Shown here: positions 55,092-63,110 of the stretch, piece by piece | How the letters are laid out: each line of letters starts with the position of its first letter | Position numbering within the stretch: the stretch's first letter is position 1 | IMG/VR virus record: IMGVR_UViG_3300014168_000003 | Location: 1-64,000 of that record | Direction: 5' to 3' (one strand) | DNA: 64,000 bases | Source: a virus | Lineage: Duplodnaviria; Caudoviricetes | Notes under the pieces: model-generated | Told to the model about the DNA's origin: nothing | The model's input: the letters and a program-made list of their open reading frames with translations, nothing else | Databases searched by the model: none | Program-made: the position numbers and the translations under genes

Positions 55092-55105
55092 TAGGGTTTA
55101 CCTTT

Positions 55106-55420
55106 TTAGAAATCGAGTTGGGCCAGGATATCTTTCAAATATCCATTGGGATCTTCAGGGTCGGCTGCGGAAAGTTTTTCGTTGAAGTCCACTTCTATTG
55201 AAGACACACGTTTCACTTTATCCCCGTCCACTTTCCATAAATCCTTGCTGCTTGGGCATTCGAAAAAGTTTCCAGCGACTCTGATGAGTCCCATCGACGC
55301 AGCCTTCTTCAACCCTTTGTCTGACGCTTGTTTCGAAGACGCCAGCTTCTGGGTCTTGCCAGATAGGTAGTAAACTTGCTGGTTAATATCGGCTTGCATG
55401 GGTGTGCGACTCCATTTCAT
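55106..55420 (-). CDS. Hypothetical head-region protein
   Basis: 104 aa; KLAS, KQAS, KKAAS. Confidence 0.65.
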   Translation of the reverse strand: MKWSRTPMQADINQQVYYLSGKTQKLASSKQASDKGLKKAASMGLIRVAGNFFECPSSKDLWKVDGDKVKRVSSIEVDFNEKLSAADPEDPNGYLKDILAQLDF

Positions 55421-55453
55421 TAATGGGTCAGATAGTCTTTTTTAGCGATGGTC

Positions 55454-56203
55454 TTAATTGTTCGCACGGGACAGAAGGAAATGGTCAAACTCTGGGGCCG
55501 CTACGTTAATTTCAAATTTCCCCAACATGTCTGGATCTCGACGGTAAATGGGGCATATCTTGGCACGTTCTCGTTGGCTCAGTCCTCTCCCCTGTGCGGA
55601 GGCTTTATCTATCAGTCCAAACACATAGGCTCCTAGAGCCAGCGTAGGGGAATCCTTGGTGGCTAGAAGCGTCTTAGAAAGGGTAGAGAGGGCTCTCCTC
55701 ACATCAGGACGTTTTACCCCAAACGCCAATGCTACGGTCTTGAAGGAGCGGGTCTTGGCATAGAGATCGATCATGTCAGAGTAGGGGATGGGAACGGCTC
55801 GTTCCTCTGGGTAGAAGTTAACCATATCAATGGTCTCTAGTGTTCTATCTATTTTCTCTTTGGAGGGGATGCCCATAAGGATATAGGTGCCGAGTCGTTT
55901 CATGGCTAATCTGAGTTTAAAACTGCAAATAGTTTGTGTGGAACCATGAAGTCTGGCTATTGACCATTGGGTTTTACTGAGCAGGTAATAGGATAGGAGC
56001 AATTCTTGGTCCTCAAAACTCAAGAACTTCAAATATTCCATAAATTTGCCAAAATTGTCTTGGATATAAGATATGGTGCTTTGAGATACCATATCTGCCT
56101 GAGTTTCCAACGATAGAGTATGGTCTCCTTGGTAATCGTCTGGATCTAGCAACATAGCTCTTGATGCTACAATTGACTCGAAGTACGGGCTGTTCTCGGC
56201 CAA
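55454..56203 (-). CDS. Sigma region-4-like tandem HTH regulator
   Basis: LSFEDQELLLSYYLLSKTQWSIARLHG...KLRLAMKRL and a second HTH SFKTVALAFGV.RPDVRRAL. Confidence 0.65.
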   Translation of the reverse strand: MAENSPYFESIVASRAMLLDPDDYQGDHTLSLETQADMVSQSTISYIQDNFGKFMEYLKFLSFEDQELLLSYYLLSKTQWSIARLHGSTQTICSFKLRLAMKRLGTYILMGIPSKEKIDRTLETIDMVNFYPEERAVPIPYSDMIDLYAKTRSFKTVALAFGVKRPDVRRALSTLSKTLLATKDSPTLALGAYVFGLIDKASAQGRGLSQRERAKICPIYRRDPDMLGKFEINVAAPEFDHFLLSRANN

Positions 56204-56249
56204 ATCAAGCTCCTTAAGATGTGATTCTTCTGTATATTACTGTATAAAC

Positions 56250-56289
56250 TAAACTGCGTGAGGGTAATTTTTACCTATCACGCAGTTTA
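56250..56289. repeat. Long intergenic hairpin
   Basis: TAAACTGCGTGA-G-GGTAA-TTT-TTACC-TA-TCACGCAGTTTA. Confidence 0.85.
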
Positions 56290-56307
56290 ACTTGATTTTG
56301 TGATGCA

Positions 56308-56790
56308 TTACATCATGCATTTTTCTTCGGCTGGTGCAACTGGGGGCTCACCAAGATGCTCTTCAGCGATCTCAACCTCATCTACTGGACCCTCAACTGG
56401 TTCCTCAGAAGTCTCACCGAGAGAGAAGCCGAGGTTACTGGAAAGATTCTCAATTGCGAGAGCTACTTCATCAACGGCATTATAAATCTCATTGAGAGCT
56501 TCTTCTACTTTTTCAGGAGCTTCCTCAGCCAGTTTCTTCAACATAGTGGCGAACTTCTTACGGGCTGCTACCTTCTCACGAATAGAGGCTTCTTTTGGGG
56601 TTGGGGTTAGATCGAGATTTTCGATCAGTGCTTCCGAAGCCTCTGCCATACTGGAAAATGCTTCTGATAATTCACAAAGAGCATCCGACAGAGCGGCAGG
56701 ATCTTCATTGGCAATTTGCTTGAATCGGGCAAATTTTACAGGCTGTTCAGCGGCAACAACCGGGGTTTCTAGTTCTCTTTTCTCACGCAT
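56308..56790 (-). CDS. Acidic helical protein, scaffold-like candidate
   Basis: Two similar helical repeats, Glu-rich. Confidence 0.6.
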   Translation of the reverse strand: MREKRELETPVVAAEQPVKFARFKQIANEDPAALSDALCELSEAFSSMAEASEALIENLDLTPTPKEASIREKVAARKKFATMLKKLAEEAPEKVEEALNEIYNAVDEVALAIENLSSNLGFSLGETSEEPVEGPVDEVEIAEEHLGEPPVAPAEEKCMM

Positions 56791-56808
56791 GAGGGTTCCT
56801 CCAAAGGA

Positions 56809-57714
56809 TTAGGGATTTGATGGGGCAAGTTCTGGTTCTGGTTCGACCGCAGGCTGTTCGGATTCATGCCTTTCATTTTCAATCTTGGTGCGAATGCGCT
56901 TAGCGAGACTGAAACCTTTTCCTTCCGGGGAACTAGAAAATTGACGTAGGTAGCGGGGCAGTTCATGGTAAAGAAGCTGGCTGGCTCTCGCACGACTAAC
57001 CCCAGAACGAGCGGCGAACTCATCCAGCATTTCTCCTTGACCACCATCAAAGATGATAATCAAGTCAAAAAACTGAGTGATCTGCTTAGCTGTGGCGGGA
57101 CGGAGCTTTCGTGTACACCATTCGTCGAAAGCATGACGAAGTTTACGCATTTCAACATTCTGCACAAGCTCTTCCTCTTCCTTATCGACCACCCCATGCT
57201 GAATTTTATTGAGAATACTCGGAGTATTAGGATCCTCCGTAGTCAGGCCCATGGCGGTCTCCTGCTCAGGATACATCTTCCGGAGATACTTGATTGCATC
57301 CCCCATCATGAAAATAAAGCAGGTTTTCAGATAAGAGGAAACCTGCTCTTCGAGAGGACGTTGCTGAATTTTCTCAGAAAGTCGGGCCGGGTCAAATTTA
57401 TTCAACACATCCGACTTTTCTTCAAACAGGTGGTGGACTAGGACTTCGTGGATTGCCTCATCACGCATTTCTTCGTTATTGGGGGCAACTTTGGTCCGGT
57501 ACACTCTATTGAGCCATTTGGCCCAATCCATTTTAGGATCGATAGGGAGATTATGAGCCTTTAGGGCCTCATGAACATAGATGTTGAAATCCTCGTTGAA
57601 ACTCATAATTCTCACCAGACTTGAAAACACAGAACGGGAAAGGGCGGATGATTTTATCCGTCCTTGTTCTTGTGTTCTCAAACCTGAGAGAACTAGGCCA
57701 GCCGAGAGCTTCAT
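56809..57714 (-). CDS. Sigma-like factor
   Basis: Region-2-like RDEAIHEVL...SYLKTCF..MMGDAIKYLR and HTH LDEFAARSGVSRARASQLL; true start probably an internal ATG (MSFNEDF). Confidence 0.5.
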   Translation of the reverse strand: MKLSAGLVLSGLRTQEQGRIKSSALSRSVFSSLVRIMSFNEDFNIYVHEALKAHNLPIDPKMDWAKWLNRVYRTKVAPNNEEMRDEAIHEVLVHHLFEEKSDVLNKFDPARLSEKIQQRPLEEQVSSYLKTCFIFMMGDAIKYLRKMYPEQETAMGLTTEDPNTPSILNKIQHGVVDKEEEELVQNVEMRKLRHAFDEWCTRKLRPATAKQITQFFDLIIIFDGGQGEMLDEFAARSGVSRARASQLLYHELPRYLRQFSSSPEGKGFSLAKRIRTKIENERHESEQPAVEPEPELAPSNP

Positions 57715-57726
57715 TATTTATCTCGA

Positions 57727-57930
57727 TTAGTCGAGAATCATGTCATTTGGTTCCCACGCATCGCTCTTGTCGTCACTCAAGACGGATTCGAGGGTGGACA
57801 CATATTCCTTGTGATCGTCAAAGCACTGGAGCTTTTCTCCAGCAGCGACCTTAGAACCTGTCTTGGTGAGTTCTTCAGCGAAGAGGTTGTTCATCGCCTC
57901 AGCGTCAGCGGCAGCAATTTTTGTAGTCAT
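57727..57930 (-). CDS. Small hypothetical protein
   Basis: 67 aa; AGGAG RBS; KIAA, KVAA. Confidence 0.65.
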   Translation of the reverse strand: MTTKIAAADAEAMNNLFAEELTKTGSKVAAGEKLQCFDDHKEYVSTLESVLSDDKSDAWEPNDMILD

Positions 57931-57995
57931 AGGGGCTCCTAGTAAAAGTCTACATCCTAAGAATTAGGAAGTCCATTTGTGATGAAGACTTGTCC

Positions 57996-58976
57996 TTACC
58001 GGGCTGTCAGGTAGGAGCGAATAGATGCCTTGCGAACCCAGAAGATGCCTGAAATCTGACCCGTATCGACCTTCTCTTTTTTAAATCCAAAGGATTTTGC
58101 CAGATTATCGTAATACATCTTGATTTTCTGCGGATCTACAGAGGGGTCTCTTGTAGCAATGCTATCAGAGCTATTGATGGCCACATATTTGATTCCATGG
58201 GATCGGGCAATCTCCAGAATCGTAGCCAGTGCATACTCACTCCAGTCTTCGAATAACTGGACCAGCTTGCCTTTGATCTCTTCCAGACTCTCAACCGTAT
58301 ACCCCATCATCTGGAATTGACCCTTTGCCCCATTAAAACGCTGCCTCGCATCAGGAATTGCGTCAATTTGAGTTCTGACTCCCTCGTTCTGAGCGTTGTA
58401 CCATGATTGGTAATTAGGGTGTTTGAGGAATGCCTGGGCCTGCGATACCCCATTCACTAAATCAGATTGAATCTCATCGACAAACAGGTAGTCCTCATCC
58501 ACAAAATCAACTCGAAGCCAGCCCACCGTATCTCGCTTAGCTGGGTGTCCGGAGGGGCCGCTGGCCTGACCTACCATGTCGATAAACTGACCCAGCGGGG
58601 AGTCCTCTTCCAAGATTTTGTTTGCATCGGCTCCTCTATTCAACTGCATGACCAATTGCTCTACATCTCGATAAGAGTGCTCGGGGCTATGATACTTGTC
58701 GTAAGTGATATTATAGTTGCCACGGCTCTGCTGCTTGTCAATCCAACTCTTCAGATCAGACTGCTGAACAGTGGGTTTATTATGACGAATTTCAGTGAAT
58801 AATTGAGGGTACTGCTTTACGGCCTGCTGAAATTTTTGCTGGAACTCTCTCCAACTCAGAGCTTGAATGTTCTCATCCACCATAGCCTGATAGGTGCGGC
58901 GAACCGCATCAAACTCTTTGGACATCGGCTGCTTGGGTAGGTTGGTAGTATCTGGAAGAGCGGCATTTTTCATCAA
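57996..58976 (-). CDS. Hypothetical protein with GWLR...FVDEIQSD motif
   Basis: Motif recalled from phage virion-associated/polyvalent proteins; C-terminal MYYDNL...GF. Confidence 0.65.
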   Translation of the reverse strand: MMKNAALPDTTNLPKQPMSKEFDAVRRTYQAMVDENIQALSWREFQQKFQQAVKQYPQLFTEIRHNKPTVQQSDLKSWIDKQQSRGNYNITYDKYHSPEHSYRDVEQLVMQLNRGADANKILEEDSPLGQFIDMVGQASGPSGHPAKRDTVGWLRVDFVDEDYLFVDEIQSDLVNGVSQAQAFLKHPNYQSWYNAQNEGVRTQIDAIPDARQRFNGAKGQFQMMGYTVESLEEIKGKLVQLFEDWSEYALATILEIARSHGIKYVAINSSDSIATRDPSVDPQKIKMYYDNLAKSFGFKKEKVDTGQISGIFWVRKASIRSYLTAR

Positions 58977-59890
58977 ATAACTCCCTTACGTGTTCGAACC
59001 TTTTGACCGGGTTGGAGTCCCATATCCAGGCCACTCCGTTCAGGCTTTTTGGGCCTTGCTGGCTTACTTGGGTTTTCCTTCATGTCTTCCACAGACTCAG
59101 CCTGTTCGATGGGCTTCATGACAAGATCCATCAAGCGATCTTGTTCTTTTTGAAGAAGATCTTGTCTACGCTGAACTTCCTGTGGGCTCGGACCTTGCAT
59201 TTGAGTGAGAGCCTTCTGCGGAGGAGTTGGCTTCGGAACCTGCGGAGCTTTAGTGGGTCGCGGGGCCACTGGCTTGCCCTTTTCATGGGGCAGAGCTTGC
59301 TGCAATTTCTCATCAGCCTCTTGGTCCAAACGTTCCTGCTCTTCACGAGACTTATTCTCTTGAACCAACAAGTCTCTGGAGATGTTTTTGATAACCTTGC
59401 TGATGGAGGGAATGATTCGATCCGCAACAACTTTCACATGCTTGCAGATCAGATATCCATTTCGTAGATCTAGCCGTTCCTGGGGGGCCTGTAAGAGGGG
59501 CCTTGGCTGCCCTTCTAAGCCGTCCTTCTCATGAAGGTGCCACTGAGCCCCCCAATACAAAAAGGCGGGGCATGTGCAGGAGCAGCGAACCTGGAGGTCA
59601 TTCAGGGTGGTGTCTTTGGTTACCTGAGAGATATCAAACTTGACCCTAACTTCATGGCCAGCCGGATCTGAATCCTCTTTCTGACATTTCACCCTATATT
59701 GCATGGAAAGCTCTTTAGGGAGGGAGCGGATCAATGTGGGTACACAACCCTTAACATACTTCAAGCTGAACTGATTCGTCAGGGTTGTAAGCTCCCTGAT
59801 ATTCAAAGCAATTTTATAACGAGATACAGCCAGATAGGAGAGTGGGATACTCACCCACACTTCATCTGGCTGCTTGGGATTATCGGACAT
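58973..59890 (-). CDS. SWIM zinc-finger protein
   Basis: CSCTCPAF...ICKH (CxCxnCxH). Confidence 0.75.
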   Translation of the reverse strand: MSDNPKQPDEVWVSIPLSYLAVSRYKIALNIRELTTLTNQFSLKYVKGCVPTLIRSLPKELSMQYRVKCQKEDSDPAGHEVRVKFDISQVTKDTTLNDLQVRCSCTCPAFLYWGAQWHLHEKDGLEGQPRPLLQAPQERLDLRNGYLICKHVKVVADRIIPSISKVIKNISRDLLVQENKSREEQERLDQEADEKLQQALPHEKGKPVAPRPTKAPQVPKPTPPQKALTQMQGPSPQEVQRRQDLLQKEQDRLMDLVMKPIEQAESVEDMKENPSKPARPKKPERSGLDMGLQPGQKVRTRKGVI

Positions 59891-59919
59891 TGGTCGCTCT
59901 CATAAGAGAGGGCAATAGT

Positions 59920-60378
59920 CTAAGACTTTTTCGCTTTGCGTGGTTTAGGGATGTCAGCGGTTTCCACTACCCGATCTTCAGGGGTAATGCCAGGGACCAG
60001 AGGAAGCATAGAGTCAGGAATCCCCTTCACTTCTGTGATATCCACAATTTTGATGTCCCCTTCGAGAGTCTGGGTGGCTGTTACGGTTACCGACTTATCT
60101 TCACCGAAACCTAAATCCATCCCTACAATGTAAGAGGACACTGGGGGAACCGGAAGATTAGGAAGAGAGTTGATTTCAGTCGGCTTTTTCACCCAACCAA
60201 GTCTCAAGAACTCTTGAAGACCGCTTCGAGAGAACTGAACCGTCCCCATCAAAACTGAGTTCCGATAAATGGTCAACGCAAAGGTTAGGTCGTTATACAT
60301 TAAAATATCCCCCGGCTTGGTGTAAAGCCTCTGATCAGGGAATTTCAACTCACGATCTGACTGATACTGATGCAGCAT
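59920..60378 (-). CDS. Hypothetical protein
   Basis: 152-aa ORF. Confidence 0.65.
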   Translation of the reverse strand: MLHQYQSDRELKFPDQRLYTKPGDILMYNDLTFALTIYRNSVLMGTVQFSRSGLQEFLRLGWVKKPTEINSLPNLPVPPVSSYIVGMDLGFGEDKSVTVTATQTLEGDIKIVDITEVKGIPDSMLPLVPGITPEDRVVETADIPKPRKAKKS

Positions 60379-60379
60379 T

Positions 60380-61066
60380 TTAACCCTTTGCCGATCCTGC
60401 TGGGGTGCGGGGGCGATTCACCCTCTTAACTCTGGAGAGAACGGCATCAACTGCTTCAGCTTCAGAAAGCTGACCATGACCCTGCGTAGGATCCTCACCC
60501 AGAGCAGACTCAAGGATGGGGGATGTCCGCTCCGGAGCCGCTGGGGCCACAACCTTTCCGATAGGCTTGGGAAGGGGCTTGGGGGCTGGCTTGGGAGTAG
60601 GGGCCGGAACTACTGGTCTTGCTGGAGGTGGGACGGGACGAGGGGCCTGGGGGGTCGGAACGGGCTTGGCGGTAGGGGTATTGGAACGATTTGCAGGACG
60701 CAAGGCCGCAGCCTTGGAGATAGCCTTATTGGCAGTTGCCTGATTGATGGCAGCCTGAGCCTGAGCAATCTGGGCCTGAGCCGCAGCAATGATCTCATAG
60801 GGGTCCGTGGAGGTCTCCTGCTCTTCACCTTCCTCACCCTCAACACCGATCTCTTCAAGCCATCCGTGACCAAGCATGGTCTCAATGCCCTGATCGGTCA
60901 GGGTAAGTTCACGCTCCTTATACCCATCCGAAAACTGATAGGTGGTGTGAGCGATCTGAGTGATCGTATCCCCTGGTAGAGCCGTAAAGCCATTGGGAGT
61001 CTTCCCATCTGGTCCCTTCTGAGGAAAGTTTACGTCTCGGGTGAATTTATAGCATTTTTGAGTCAT
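60380..61066 (-). CDS. Hypothetical protein with Pro-rich tail
   Basis: 228 aa; GGAG RBS; GAGTATTA motif upstream. Confidence 0.7.
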   Translation of the reverse strand: MTQKCYKFTRDVNFPQKGPDGKTPNGFTALPGDTITQIAHTTYQFSDGYKERELTLTDQGIETMLGHGWLEEIGVEGEEGEEQETSTDPYEIIAAAQAQIAQAQAAINQATANKAISKAAALRPANRSNTPTAKPVPTPQAPRPVPPPARPVVPAPTPKPAPKPLPKPIGKVVAPAAPERTSPILESALGEDPTQGHGQLSEAEAVDAVLSRVKRVNRPRTPAGSAKG

Positions 61067-61132
61067 GCGTTCTCCATAGATGAGATCCTTCTATAAGATA
61101 GAGGGGGATATTAAGTTAATACTCGATTTGAG

Positions 61133-61164
61133 AAAAAGAAAGCCCCAATTTCTTGGGGCTTTCT
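61133..61164 (-). terminator. Rho-independent terminator after the major capsid gene
   Basis: GAAAGCCCCAA-GAAA-TTGGGGCTTTC followed by TTTTT. Confidence 0.88.
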
Positions 61165-61189
61165 CATTTTTACCAGACTTATCTGGATT

Positions 61190-62128
61190 TTAGGAGCGGG
61201 TGATCACGATACGTTCAAGTCCTGATGGGTTGAAGATCAGGAATCCGAGGATCTCGAACACGCTGAATCCGATCTGACGAAGGTCAGGGCGGTCAGCACT
61301 TAGAACGGTCAGGGGGACACGCTCAGGGATGACACCAAGGAACTCGGCATCAGCCATGACCCAGACATCACCGTAATTGACTTTTCTGGACTGCAAGATC
61401 GTTGCGCCCCAGAGATAGCCCATAATACCGGTTTTCAGCAAGTGACGCTGAGTCTCACGGTCGATGTTGTCATCAGTCCACTTCAGGATGTCCACATAAT
61501 CACGAGGATTCATGAAGATGTAGGCGACTGAAAGGTCGTGACGCTGCACCATACCGAAGGCATCTGCGAAGGGATCAACGGCGAGGCCGTAAGGTCCGGA
61601 AGCTGAAGAAACGGTATAGGCAAGGCTCTTGTTGTAGACGTAATCAGTGTATCCGGTCGAAGAAGTAGCGGTGGTGGCTGCTGCGTCAATGGCGAGGAAC
61701 ATATTGAAAACGTGGTTGTCTTCGGCGGCTCCGACTTCGGCCTTCGCCAGATTGAGTGCGCGAGAAACGATGTCGAATCTGCGCTCTTTAATCTGGGTGA
61801 TTGGAATCATGGGGTTAGACACGATTTCAAACGTGGGGACCGTGACACGGATAGGATTGGCAACGTTAACAACGTCTCCACCCTGTTCACCGACCACGAA
61901 CGCCTGCACGAAGCTGCGTCCGGTTTCGTCAAATTCCTTGTCGTAAATCGGGAGGGCTCCATCGGGAAGTGTTTCTACCATCAATGCTTTACGGGCGATT
62001 GACATGTAGTCACGGCGACGACGAAGAGAGGGGCCTAGAGCGGCGGCTAGCTTCTGGCGACCGGCTGCGGTCTTCAGAATCTGACCAAGCTGGGCGGTCT
62101 GTGCTTGGGTGCGGGATAGAATAGTCAT
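61190..62128 (-). CDS. Major capsid protein (HK97-like fold)
   Basis: 312 aa, strongest codon bias in the window, followed by a terminator; V.VPTFEI.S.P.I....IKERRFD...RA...A...EDN..F pattern; lies after a decoration-like gene. Confidence 0.8.
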   Translation of the reverse strand: MTILSRTQAQTAQLGQILKTAAGRQKLAAALGPSLRRRRDYMSIARKALMVETLPDGALPIYDKEFDETGRSFVQAFVVGEQGGDVVNVANPIRVTVPTFEIVSNPMIPITQIKERRFDIVSRALNLAKAEVGAAEDNHVFNMFLAIDAAATTATSSTGYTDYVYNKSLAYTVSSASGPYGLAVDPFADAFGMVQRHDLSVAYIFMNPRDYVDILKWTDDNIDRETQRHLLKTGIMGYLWGATILQSRKVNYGDVWVMADAEFLGVIPERVPLTVLSADRPDLRQIGFSVFEILGFLIFNPSGLERIVITRS

Positions 62129-62143
62129 TGTATTTGTCTCCCT

Positions 62144-62951
62144 TTACAAGAACGAAGCAACGCCAAGCCAGGGCTCGGTGGCAGAGATTGGGTGGGTGCA
62201 GATACCCACGACGATGGATCCGGCAGTGTTTGCGGAACCAGGGGTTGCCGTAAACATTCCAGGACCAACCGAACCACCAACGTTAGCAGTGTAGAGACGC
62301 TGACCGTTGAGGGGGGTGCTGCCTGTCACCTGAGAGGCGGGAACCTTGAACTTGGGGAATGCGCGGACCACAGGGGTCTTGCCAGAACCCGAAGGGGTAA
62401 TGGAAGACGAGAACTGGCCAGCACCCAAGAGCAAGAAGCCGTAGGGGACTTCTGGAGCGGCTCCGGTGAGGGAGGTTGCGCCGTCCAGAGGGTGAACGAT
62501 GAGATTGAGAACGCCAGGGGTAGTGGCCCCATTGTAAAGAATGCTAACGATGGCTCCAGAATTATAGCCAGCAGCAGTCAATGCAGCATTATCAGTCCCA
62601 GGATCACCTGTGAGAGTCAGATTGGGGACGCAAGTTCCGTCATTCTGACCGTAATATTCGCATTTGTTTCACTTGTGGTTTTCAGACCCACTAGGAAATT
62701 TTTCTCTACCACTTCAGTTTTCACTGCCACTACCATTAGTGTTTGTGGTCTGGACTATGCCTTCATCTTGTTGAAATTTCTTCAAGTTAGATGGGTTATT
62801 ATAGTCTCTACACGTTCAAATCTCAGCACCGTATGATTTGCTTCGCTCGGCGTTGGCATCAGGGTTACCTGGAAGCGTTCACCGAATTTAAACCTTACGA
62901 ACGTAATGTTTCCACTGCGCCGACCCGATATATATTAAGTTCGAGATACAT
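62144..62951 (-). CDS. Capsid decoration/cement-like protein, spliced join(62938-62951, 62144-62660), 176 aa
   Basis: The reading frame extends 79 nt upstream of the TTG called at 62581. Joining ATGTATCTCGAACT to CGAATATTAC gives MYLELEYYGQNDG... in frame (531 nt), with an AGGAG RBS before ATG 62951. Confidence 0.8.
62661..62937 (-). ncRNA. Group I self-splicing intron (277 nt, no internal ORF)
   Basis: P element AAATTCGGTGAA, Q CAACGCCGAGCGAAG, R GTAGAGACTA, S AAGGCATAGTCC; P7 GACTA/TAGTC; the 5' exon ends in U and the intron ends in G; P1 and P10 can form. Confidence 0.9.
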
Positions 62952-63087
62952 TCTCTACTCTCCTATATATGATTTTTCGCTTCTCCATGGATCAGCCGAG
63001 GTGGCGAGATCGCTACAAGATGGAGTCGCTTGTGCATATGAGGAAGGGATATTAGCAAAACAAAGTTACTTATATAACGTGGTTTTC

Positions 63088-63095
63088 CAGTATTA
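63088..63095 (+). promoter_or_regulatory. Promoter-like motif CAGTATTA
   Basis: On the plus strand, 15 nt before the only plus-strand gene. Confidence 0.6.
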
Positions 63096-63110
63096 GATAT
63101 AGAGGTTAGA

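Noticed and set aside
39873-59920. Second (late) promoter motif such as AGACTWT upstream of head genes (about 39905, 55433, 57945, 59915)
   Set aside because: Too short and degenerate to distinguish from chance without a computed enrichment test.
62144-62581. TTG start called by the ORF track
   Set aside because: No RBS; the frame extends upstream to the intron 3' splice site, and the spliced model is better supported.
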